16,351 nucleotides of DNA from contig JACQQJ010000140.1 of the NCBI GenBank assembly GCA_016207035.1, positions 1 through 16,351 on the forward strand. The letters run 5' to 3'. This DNA is from Nitrospinota bacterium (GTDB lineage Bacteria > Nitrospinota > Nitrospinia > UBA9942). The position numbers were made by a program, and so were the translations under genes. Positions within the stretch are counted from its first letter, which is position 1. Each line of letters opens with the position of its first letter. This document shows, piece after piece, positions 8,542 to 15,591 of this stretch. Under the pieces are notes generated by a model. The model was not told the DNA's origin. It did not search any database and saw only the letters and a program-made list of their open reading frames with translations.

Positions 8542-9465
8542 TCACTGTTTTTTGCTCATAGTTCGTTTAACGCACCTAAATCCAATGTCTATTCTGCATG
8601 CATTTGGCTTTTCTGTGTGGCGAAAAGAGACCCGCAGGGAATTTTTATCACTTTTCCACGACCCGCCTCGGATTACCTTTAGATGGTTATTAAGCCGTGG
8701 TCTTGGATTATTTTCCTTTCCATCCATATAAAGCTCGTATCCATCTGAAGTCCACTCCCACACATTTCCTGCCATATCATTAATTCCAAAACCATTGATA
8801 CTGTAGCTTCCGACCGGCATTATCCCCCCTTTGTAAGGGGGGGAATGGGAGGCGGGTAAGCCTCTCCAGTTAGATAGGTGGGTTTCAAAATTATTACCCC
8901 ATACATACCGCATACCTTCATAACCACCACGCGCAGCATATTCCCATTGTCTCTCAGTAGGGAGAGATTTCTGAGCCCACCTGGCATAGGCATCTGCGGC
9001 ATACCAGCTTACATATATTACAGGGTAGTTCTCCTTACCTTTTGGAAATTCAGAGCTATTCCAGTCCATGAGATAGTTTTCATCTGCCTCATCGAATTTT
9101 GGATTACCTTTCTGCCAGTGGGGATTGGCAAGTATAAATCTCTGATACTGAAGATAGATAACTTCATACTGATCCATAGAAAAGTCATCCAGCTCCACTC
9201 CGTGGAGAGGTCTCTCATCAAACTCGCCATCTTCACTCCCCATAGTAAATACCCCTGCTGGAATTTCAACCATTTCTTCAGAAAATTCCCCGTGCCCAGC
9301 CCCTTCTTCAAAGGGGGATGTTTGGAGATTCGCAGGGATTACCGAGACATCCTCAACCTGTTCATTCCAGTAAAATGTGATAAGTAAGGAGCAGGAGGCA
9401 AGGAGCAAGAACCCCAAAAATTTTATTCTGAATTCTGTATTCTGAATTCTGTCTCCTGTATTCAT
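8542..9465 (-). CDS. FGE/SUMF1-sulfatase-fold lipoprotein lacking the catalytic Cys pair (NirV-like)
   Basis: Hallmarks of the FGE fold are present (GNVWEWTSD, RGGSW, GFRCV). There is no CxxxxC after RGGS, so it is probably not a true formylglycine-generating enzyme. The N-terminus MNTGDRIQNTEFRIKFLGFLLLASC has a lipobox LASC. Its ATG overlaps the stop of the upstream octahaem gene (ATGA). Confidence 0.75.
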   Translation of the reverse strand: MNTGDRIQNTEFRIKFLGFLLLASCSLLITFYWNEQVEDVSVIPANLQTSPFEEGAGHGEFSEEMVEIPAGVFTMGSEDGEFDERPLHGVELDDFSMDQYEVIYLQYQRFILANPHWQKGNPKFDEADENYLMDWNSSEFPKGKENYPVIYVSWYAADAYARWAQKSLPTERQWEYAARGGYEGMRYVWGNNFETHLSNWRGLPASHSPPYKGGIMPVGSYSINGFGINDMAGNVWEWTSDGYELYMDGKENNPRPRLNNHLKVIRGGSWKSDKNSLRVSFRHTEKPNACRIDIGFRCVKRTMSKKQ

Positions 9466-10808
9466 TTCCCCTTATCCTTCCTCTCCCTTATCTCATTTAT
9501 CATTCTCTTCAATTCCACTCTCCCCCTTGCCAGCTCATAAAAACCGTGCCACTGGGTATAATCAGGACCCATCATGGATGCCCCCATCCTTGCCCTCCTC
9601 CCCTCATGGTGCCAGTATTCAAAGAATTTAAATTCCAAATCCTCATCAAATTTATCCTTTGTTAAATACCCCAGCTTATAAAGCTCGTCCATCTCCTTTT
9701 TTATAGGTTTATAGTATTCTTCATTATAAAGAGAGATCACATTATCAAACTGCTGGTAATATCCCTCCACCCAATTCTTTGAATGACATGATAGGCAGAC
9801 CATCTGCATCCTCTCCCTTTTGTTTTTCCAGTCCTTCCTCTTTTCAGAGAGGGGCCATTTAAGCTCCCATGAGAGTCTTTCACTCACATTATGAGATGGT
9901 TCAAGCATCCCTATTCCTGACATGTGACAGGTAGCACAGGTTGGTGCCCTGAAATATTTTGTATCCCATACAGAAGGTGCTACCTCCATATTCCATTTAT
10001 GTTTTTCTGAACTGTATATCACCCCATGTTTAGATTCCATATATATCTCATACTGTGGGTGGTCAGGACCCATATGGCATGTCCCGCATGCCTCCGGTGT
10101 CCTCGCCTCTGTAATTGAAAAGAGGTGTCGTGTATGACAGGCAGTGCATGACCCTTTGCTCCCATCGGGATTGACACGGCCTATTCCATTATTGGGCCAT
10201 GTATCTTTATCAAAAATTCCATTAGATTCGCTTCGCTCACTACGAGTTTTAACCTTTATAACTGACCCATGACACTTCTCACACCCCATAACTGCAGCCG
10301 CCTTTCCTTCTATTTTATAGGCAAGTGTATCATCACCTGCCCTGTCACCTTCAAGGACTTGTCCTGACCCTGAACTTGATTCAGGGGTTTCAGGATTTTT
10401 GATGAAAGAGACAGCCTTTGAATGCATAGATTCATTAAATTCCATAACCTGTTTTGGGTGGCATCTGGAGCAGTCCTTAGGACTTACAATAGCAGAGATA
10501 ACCTCACCTTCATGTTTTCTCGCATCTGCATCAGTAGTATCAGCCTGATGACAGTCTATACAGGTAACCTGTGCCTTTGCATGATTGCTCTTCTCCCAGT
10601 CATTGACAATTCCAGGGGACAATTGGCTATGACAGAGAATACATCTCTTTGCCACATCTATCTCCCCCTTTGTCTTCTTTATTGCAAGAGCATCGGAGGA
10701 AAAAAGCAGAACGTAGAATACAGAATACAAAATACAGAATAATAATATTATGCACCATCTCTTCTGACTTCTGACTTCTGACTTCTGACTTCTGTATTCT
10801 GTATTCAT
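9462..10808 (-). CDS. Octahaem cytochrome c, HAO (hydroxylamine oxidoreductase)-family-like
   Basis: There are eight CXXCH motifs (CILCH, CIDCH, CSRCH, CEKCH, CTACH, CGTCH, CATCH, CLSCH) in about 410 mature residues. A signal peptide ...FSSDALA|IKK is present. The start is taken at ATG 10808 (MNTEYRSQK...), 15 nt inside the ORF-track GTG. Its ATG overlaps the stop of the NrfH-like gene (ATGA). Confidence 0.8.
   Translation of the reverse strand: MNTEYRSQKSEVRSQKRWCIILLFCILYSVFYVLLFSSDALAIKKTKGEIDVAKRCILCHSQLSPGIVNDWEKSNHAKAQVTCIDCHQADTTDADARKHEGEVISAIVSPKDCSRCHPKQVMEFNESMHSKAVSFIKNPETPESSSGSGQVLEGDRAGDDTLAYKIEGKAAAVMGCEKCHGSVIKVKTRSERSESNGIFDKDTWPNNGIGRVNPDGSKGSCTACHTRHLFSITEARTPEACGTCHMGPDHPQYEIYMESKHGVIYSSEKHKWNMEVAPSVWDTKYFRAPTCATCHMSGIGMLEPSHNVSERLSWELKWPLSEKRKDWKNKRERMQMVCLSCHSKNWVEGYYQQFDNVISLYNEEYYKPIKKEMDELYKLGYLTKDKFDEDLEFKFFEYWHHEGRRARMGASMMGPDYTQWHGFYELARGRVELKRMINEIRERKDKGK
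10716..10803. repeat. Heptanucleotide tandem repeats in the first 14 codons of the octahaem gene, plus an inverted copy in the signal-peptide coding region
   Basis: Plus strand 10762-10803 is (tctgact)x4 then (tctgtat)x2. On the coding strand this encodes MNTEYRSQKSEVRSQKR. Plus strand 10716-10740 (gaatacagaatacaaaatacagaat) is its reverse complement and encodes the signal-peptide h-region. The two can form a hairpin of at least 13 bp spanning the start codon. Confidence 0.85.
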
Positions 10809-11353
10809 CAACTTTCCCTCCACATATGAACCAGGTTTTGATGGCAGTTCAGACAGCTTTTTACCTCTCCCCTTTTAAATGCCTTGTGCCCTAAGAGTCC
10901 GCCCCTTTGAAGCTCTGATGGAAAGAGATTTTTATGGCATTTGAGACATGCCTCAGACCTGATATTTTTTGCCGCAGACACTTTCCACTTTTGATGGTCA
11001 AAGTCTTCAGGTCTTAATAGGAAGTGCATAATAGTATCCTTCATACCCTGTCTAACCTTTGCATACCACTTATTCATTTCCCCAGGCGGCAGATGGCAGT
11101 CAGCGCAATCTGCCACTACCCCTCTGCTGCTGTCATAATGACTTGATTTAAGATACTGCTGATATGGCTCAATCATTTCATGGCATTGTGCCGAGCAGAA
11201 TTTATTTGTAGATGAATAATGAAATGAAATCGTTGTGAGACCATAAAATATTATCAACCCTGTCGTAGTCAGGATGACGATAGCACTTATCTGTACCCTG
11301 CTCGGGGAAGGTCTCTTAAAGCCCTCATCTATGTCTGCTCTGTTTTTATCCAT
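10808..11353 (-). CDS. NapC/NirT/NrfH-family membrane-anchored tetrahaem cytochrome c (quinol dehydrogenase)
   Basis: The 181-aa protein has an N-terminal TM helix (VQISAIVILTTTGLIIFYGLTTI). There are four haem motifs. The first is non-canonical, CSAQCH (CX3CH); the others are CADCH, CLKCH, CLNCH. Confidence 0.8.
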   Translation of the reverse strand: MDKNRADIDEGFKRPSPSRVQISAIVILTTTGLIIFYGLTTISFHYSSTNKFCSAQCHEMIEPYQQYLKSSHYDSSRGVVADCADCHLPPGEMNKWYAKVRQGMKDTIMHFLLRPEDFDHQKWKVSAAKNIRSEACLKCHKNLFPSELQRGGLLGHKAFKRGEVKSCLNCHQNLVHMWRES

Positions 11354-11375
11354 TAAAGATAAGAATAGGGTACTA

Positions 11376-11440
11376 GAGCACCAGTCACCAGTGCACCAGA
11401 AAAATATTTCTATTACTGGTGTTCTGGTGTTATGGTGCTC
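11376..11440 (-). terminator. Hairpin of octamer repeats NNCACCAG; likely terminator of amt3 and a repeat-family member
   Basis: The left arm gagcaccag-tcaccag-tgcaccag pairs with the right arm ctggtgtt-ctggtgtt-atggtgctc, separated by a 16-nt loop. It directly abuts the amt3 stop and is followed on the minus strand by T-rich sequence. Confidence 0.5.
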
Positions 11441-12790
11441 TTATTTTATATTTGTTATCTGGAAATCAGGGTATGCCGCTGCCGTATGCTCTGAATAATC
11501 AAGCCCGAGATACTCCTCCTCTTCTGATACCCTGAGCCCAATTGCCTTCTTGATTAAACTGAAAATCCCATAGGAAACGAAAAATGACCAGAGAAAGGCT
11601 ATAATACTGCCTAATAGTTGAATGCCTATATTCCCAATATTAAACATCTCACCTGTTTTAAATATACCAAGTGCTAAAGTCCCCCAAACACCACAGACCC
11701 CGTGAACAGAAATTGCTCCCACAGGGTCATCTATCCTTAATCTTTCAAACTGAAGAACAGAGAAAACGACAATAACCCCTGCAATTATACCTATAATTAC
11801 AGCCCATAATGGCTCTACATGGGCACAACCGGCAGTAATAGCAACAAGGCCTGAGAGGGCACCATTGAGGGTCATTCCCACATCAGGCTTGTTAAATTTA
11901 AACCATGCTGTAATCATACCTGATATTGCTGCTGCTGAACCTGATAAGGTGGTATTTATCATAATCTGGGCAATTTTACTCCCTCCCTCAAGGGTATTGC
12001 CGGCATTAAAGCCATACCATCCAAACCACAGGATGAGTGTTCCGAGGGCTGCGAGCGGTAGGTTATGTCCGAGTATGGGGTTAATTGTTCCGTCCTTTCT
12101 GAATTTTCCGCTCCTTGGACCAAGGACAATAGTCCCTGCCAGCCCTGCCCATCCGCCAATGGCATGTATTACCGTTGAACCTGCAAAGTCATGAAAACCA
12201 AGTTTCTCAAGCCATCCATCCCCATGATAAAAGCTCCCCCAGACCCAGCTCCCAAAGACTGGATATATGAATGATGACATAGCTGCTGTAAACATGAGTG
12301 AAGCAGAGAATCTTGTCCTCTCTGCCATAGCCCCTGATACTATGGCTGCTGTTGAAGATACAAAGACCAACTGATACATCCAGAAGGCAAAGAGCCATGG
12401 GTCACGGGACTCAGCATAATCATGCAAAAAAAAGCCTTCTATGCCAAAGAGTCCATTGGAAATCCCGAACATAATGCCAAAACCTACTGCCCAGAAGACA
12501 ATTGAACTAACTGCAAAATCCATCATATTCTTCATAATGGCATTAACTGCACTCTTTGCCCGTGTGAAGCCAATCTCCACCATGATAAACCCTGCCTTCA
12601 TGAAGAAGACAAGGATCGTGGCAATACATATCCAGACAATATCCAGATTTACCTGAACATCCTCTGATGTGATAATCCTCTCTGCTGAGGAATCATTCGC
12701 ATTGATAAAATTCCAGAAAAGAGACAGGATTAAAAATTTAAAAATTATTTTCATCCTCTTTTGTGAACCAAAGGCTTGTGAGAGTTTCAT
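11441..12790 (-). CDS. amt: Ammonium transporter (Amt/MEP family), third copy
   Basis: The 449-aa ORF has an Amt signature (D..W.......FFM..GF..VE.GF.R.K, multiple TM helices). A signal peptide is present. An alternative start is M13 at 12754. Confidence 0.88.
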   Translation of the reverse strand: MKLSQAFGSQKRMKIIFKFLILSLFWNFINANDSSAERIITSEDVQVNLDIVWICIATILVFFMKAGFIMVEIGFTRAKSAVNAIMKNMMDFAVSSIVFWAVGFGIMFGISNGLFGIEGFFLHDYAESRDPWLFAFWMYQLVFVSSTAAIVSGAMAERTRFSASLMFTAAMSSFIYPVFGSWVWGSFYHGDGWLEKLGFHDFAGSTVIHAIGGWAGLAGTIVLGPRSGKFRKDGTINPILGHNLPLAALGTLILWFGWYGFNAGNTLEGGSKIAQIMINTTLSGSAAAISGMITAWFKFNKPDVGMTLNGALSGLVAITAGCAHVEPLWAVIIGIIAGVIVVFSVLQFERLRIDDPVGAISVHGVCGVWGTLALGIFKTGEMFNIGNIGIQLLGSIIAFLWSFFVSYGIFSLIKKAIGLRVSEEEEYLGLDYSEHTAAAYPDFQITNIK

Positions 12791-12803
12791 TTAAATAAGG
12801 ATT

Positions 12804-12819
12804 AGCAAAATACATGCCG
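12804..12819 (-). promoter_or_regulatory. Sigma-54-like (-24/-12) element CGGCAT-N5-TTGCT upstream of amt3
   Basis: The minus strand reads CGGCATgtattTTGCT, the same core as the element at 6930-6945. The amt3 M1 ATG lies 14 nt downstream of the element, again implying a leaderless or near-leaderless start. Alternatively it serves the M13 start with a 39-nt leader. Confidence 0.4.
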
Positions 12820-12861
12820 TAAAAGATATAGGTGTGGATACCTTATAATGTGGGTTATATG

Positions 12862-12898
12862 AGAAAAAGCGGTAAGAAACTGCCTAATAATTAGGCAG
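12862..12898 (-). terminator. Rho-independent terminator after the cbb3 cluster
   Basis: A perfect hairpin ctgcctaa-taa-ttaggcag is followed on the minus strand by tttcttaccgctttttctc. Confidence 0.6.
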
Positions 12899-12964
12899 AT
12901 GATAAAGGATGTGACTAAACTTATAGCAGGAAGAATAAAAAAAGTCTATCTGGCAAATTATTTA

Positions 12965-13147
12965 TCATCTCCTGTAGTCCTGCCACTGGGTAGTATCAGG
13001 ATTAGTAGTCTTTAGCCAATGAGAAAAGTCAGGACGCCAGTATATTGCAAGATATATAAGACCCCAGATGATAAATATACCCCATATCAGCTTTATCCAG
13101 AGAGGGAGAGGATTATCCTGTTGTCCTATTTTTGTCTTTTCTTCCAT
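12965..13147 (-). CDS. Small single-TM membrane protein (60 aa), possibly CcoQ-like oxidase accessory subunit
   Basis: One hydrophobic helix (LWIKLIWGIFIIWGLIYLAIYW). It is adjacent to the preceding ORF with no gap, at the end of the cco cluster. No recognisable motif; assigned by position only. Confidence 0.4.
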   Translation of the reverse strand: MEEKTKIGQQDNPLPLWIKLIWGIFIIWGLIYLAIYWRPDFSHWLKTTNPDTTQWQDYRR

Positions 13148-13447
13148 TTAAGTCCCCCTCTCTATCTCTCGCATCTTTTCTTCCATCTCAAGGATTCTAT
13201 ACTTTGCCTTTTCCATATCTTTAAAATCTCCCTTCAGAAAACTCCAGAGAAAAAGAAAAAAGAAACCGATAGCAATGAGGAGATAGGTAATAACCTGAAT
13301 TACTGCAAAGCCTGTTACCTCACCCATGGGAACTGTTCTTGCAATCTCAAAAAATTTGTATACAAATGTCAGTGATGCAAAGGTAACCCCTGAAATTACC
13401 CATGTCCATAAAATAAAAACAGCCCACTCCTTTTTATCCTTCTTCAT
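13148..13447 (-). CDS. Small two-TM membrane protein (about 99 aa), unknown function, in cco cluster
   Basis: The start is at MKKDKKEW (13447), 4 nt after the ccoO stop, with an SD AAGAGGA 11 nt upstream. There are two hydrophobic helices and a charged C-terminal tail. Confidence 0.45.
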   Translation of the reverse strand: MKKDKKEWAVFILWTWVISGVTFASLTFVYKFFEIARTVPMGEVTGFAVIQVITYLLIAIGFFFLFLWSFLKGDFKDMEKAKYRILEMEEKMREIERGT

Positions 13448-13451
13448 ATTT

Positions 13452-14048
13452 TTATTTCCTCTTCCAGTTGCCAAGCCACTGCACATAGGTGACTACAGAG
13501 AGCCCTTTTTTATTTGGTCTTCCATTTTCGTCAAAGAACCATAGGTAGGAAGGCATTACTGAATCAGGCTGAACTGAATGAGGATCATAGAAATGAGCCA
13601 CATGCCAGTCATTGCTGTGCACACCTGCCTCCCGTATGAGGTCAGGGCCCACCCTCCTCGTACCGAATAACTGCGGCATCTGTAGTTCATTCTGATACTC
13701 AGAGGCAGTTGAAATATCTCCATACCTGACTTCTTCATTCGCTACAGGTCTCACATACTGGGAATGACAGTGCCAGCATGCCTCTGCAATGTAAGTATCT
13801 CTCCCCAATTTAAGTGCCTCAGCATAGGTAACTGGAGAGGGGTCTCCAAATGCCTTCTTAAACTCAACAGGGTAGTCTTCTGATAGTTGATAGAACTCAG
13901 AATTAATATCCTCTTTCACCAGCTCATCTATAGTCTTCATCGGTATATCTTTTAAGAAGATTATTGGACCCAGCATCTGGAAGATAAATCCGAGGAGAAA
14001 AAATCCAACCCCTGCGATGATAAATATAAAACTAAACCTCTCTTTCAT
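13452..14048 (-). CDS. ccoO: cbb3-type cytochrome c oxidase subunit II (CcoO/FixO), monohaem
   Basis: The 198-aa protein has an N-terminal TM helix, a single CWHCH haem site, and the CcoO-like region GPDLIREAGVHSNDWHVAHFYDPHSVQPDSVMPSY. Confidence 0.8.
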   Translation of the reverse strand: MKERFSFIFIIAGVGFFLLGFIFQMLGPIIFLKDIPMKTIDELVKEDINSEFYQLSEDYPVEFKKAFGDPSPVTYAEALKLGRDTYIAEACWHCHSQYVRPVANEEVRYGDISTASEYQNELQMPQLFGTRRVGPDLIREAGVHSNDWHVAHFYDPHSVQPDSVMPSYLWFFDENGRPNKKGLSVVTYVQWLGNWKRK

Positions 14049-14118
14049 GGTTTTCTTTAGTTCAGGAAATTATAAAAATTTACCACAGAAGCACGGAGAC
14101 ACAGAGAAAGACAGATAG

Positions 14119-14200
14119 GACACCAGATCACCAGAGCACCAGTAAAAAAACTGGTGACTGGTGCGACCCATCCACTGGATGGGTGCCCCGGACTGGTGAC
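14119..14200. repeat. NNCACCAG octamer-repeat hairpin element inserted between ccoN and ccoO
   Basis: The sequence is acaccag-atcaccag-agcaccag-t-aaaaaaa-ctggtga-ctggtgc, then hairpin acccatcca-ctg-gatgggt, then ggactggtgac. It belongs to the same family as 11376-11440. Confidence 0.6.
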
Positions 14201-14223
14201 CTTTTCTTTATAACCACTGTGCC

Positions 14224-15591
14224 TCAGTGTATCAGTGGTTTAATCAGGTTTTTGTTCTTCGCCGTCATAGAGAGATTATAAATTAAGGATATTATACCAC
14301 CGCTAATCATCAGCCCTGATAGAGTCCTTACAAACCAGAAGGGGACCGAGAACCGTATAGAATCCATAAATGGGTTAAGTCCCCACCATATAAAACCCTG
14401 CACAACACCTCCGATAGTAAGATCTATAAACATAAGGATGATTCCGAGTGTACAAAGCCAGTAAGCCCAGCCATTCAGGCTATGAGAATACCACTCTTTT
14501 CCTGTAAGTCTTGGCCAGAGTTCTGTAATTATACCCATGAGCCAGAAACTGAAGACACCGAACATTACCAGATGGGCATGAGCCACTACCCAGTCTGTAA
14601 AGTGGATGAGCTTCTGAGCTGTAAGGGTTGACTGTATAGCACACTGAAAACATGTGACCCAGTAAAATACCATTCCAGTATAAAACCATCTTATTGGATA
14701 GTTTGTCCTTAGATAGTCACCACTCCCTTTTAGTGTCATAATAAAATTTGCAAGGACACTGGTTACAACAACTTCTATGGCAATACTTGCCACCACTGCA
14801 CTGTATTGAACATGCATGGGGACAGGCGACCACATGAAATGATGGATCCCCTGCATGGGGTAGAAGAATGCAAGCCCCCAGAAACCCATTAGACTCAAGG
14901 TATGGCTCCAGATAGGTTTCTTGATTATAGTTGGGACGAAAAAATACATCAGCCCCCAGCCCAAAGGTGTAATAAGGAGTCCGACAAAGTCATGTATATA
15001 GTTTCCAGTAATTGCCGCACCTGCTGCCCCGGGGACAAAAAATTGCGGTATATAATTTCCCATGATATAGACCATAATAATCCAGACTAAAGCCCCTATG
15101 AAATACCACAATGAAACATAGAGGGGTGCATCCTTGCTGGACTTGAGTATTGGTGGGATAAAATTTGTAGCTAAGAGAAACAGTCCTAAAGTGATGAAGG
15201 GGTCAACGAATATCGGGGTCTCTCCAAATTCAATTGCCTGGGCATATCCACCAAGAATTCCTACTGCGGTAGCAAGGACAAGAATTTGAAGGAACCAGAA
15301 TATCAACCAGCTTAATTGCCTGCTTAAAACAGGATAGCCTGAGGTCCTCGGCACTGCCCAGTACATCCCTGATAAAAGACCATTGAGAAGCCATCCATAC
15401 GCAACGGCATTTGTATGGACCATCCTGACCCTGCCTGGAGAGAAAAATTCAATTCCTTGTAACGGATAATGGTTGAGAAACTGCAGGGAATATAAAAGCC
15501 CGGCAGTAATTGACATGATAAGAAAAATTAGCGCCGCAATAATATGTGCAGTGACGAGATTATAGTTTACAGGATTCTGTCTTTCATTCAT
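14224..15591 (-). CDS. ccoN: cbb3-type cytochrome c oxidase subunit I (CcoN), haem-copper oxidase C-family
   Basis: The 455-aa polytopic protein carries CuB and haem ligand motifs (YIHDF; FFYPMQGIHHF with Tyr six residues before HH, as in cbb3 cross-link Tyr; AHAHLVMFG). Its start overlaps the stop of the upstream cytochrome c gene by 8 nt. Confidence 0.8.
   Translation of the reverse strand: MNERQNPVNYNLVTAHIIAALIFLIMSITAGLLYSLQFLNHYPLQGIEFFSPGRVRMVHTNAVAYGWLLNGLLSGMYWAVPRTSGYPVLSRQLSWLIFWFLQILVLATAVGILGGYAQAIEFGETPIFVDPFITLGLFLLATNFIPPILKSSKDAPLYVSLWYFIGALVWIIMVYIMGNYIPQFFVPGAAGAAITGNYIHDFVGLLITPLGWGLMYFFVPTIIKKPIWSHTLSLMGFWGLAFFYPMQGIHHFMWSPVPMHVQYSAVVASIAIEVVVTSVLANFIMTLKGSGDYLRTNYPIRWFYTGMVFYWVTCFQCAIQSTLTAQKLIHFTDWVVAHAHLVMFGVFSFWLMGIITELWPRLTGKEWYSHSLNGWAYWLCTLGIILMFIDLTIGGVVQGFIWWGLNPFMDSIRFSVPFWFVRTLSGLMISGGIISLIYNLSMTAKNKNLIKPLIH

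Noticed and set aside
10716-10803. Tandem repeats and the caccag arrays considered as CRISPR arrays
   Set aside because: The units are 7-8 nt, contiguous with no spacers, and no cas genes are present. They are simple tandem or inverted repeats, not CRISPR.
12755-12790. Choice between M1 (12790) and M13 (12754) starts for amt3
   Set aside because: This cannot be resolved from sequence alone. M13 gives a more canonical signal peptide, but its SD abuts the ATG. M1 lies where a leaderless transcript from the sigma-54-like element would start. The ORF-track coordinates were kept.
11354-14223. Repeat elements considered as IS or transposon remnants
   Set aside because: No transposase ORF, no long terminal inverted repeats flanking a coding segment, no target-site duplication. 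They are small non-coding repeats at most.
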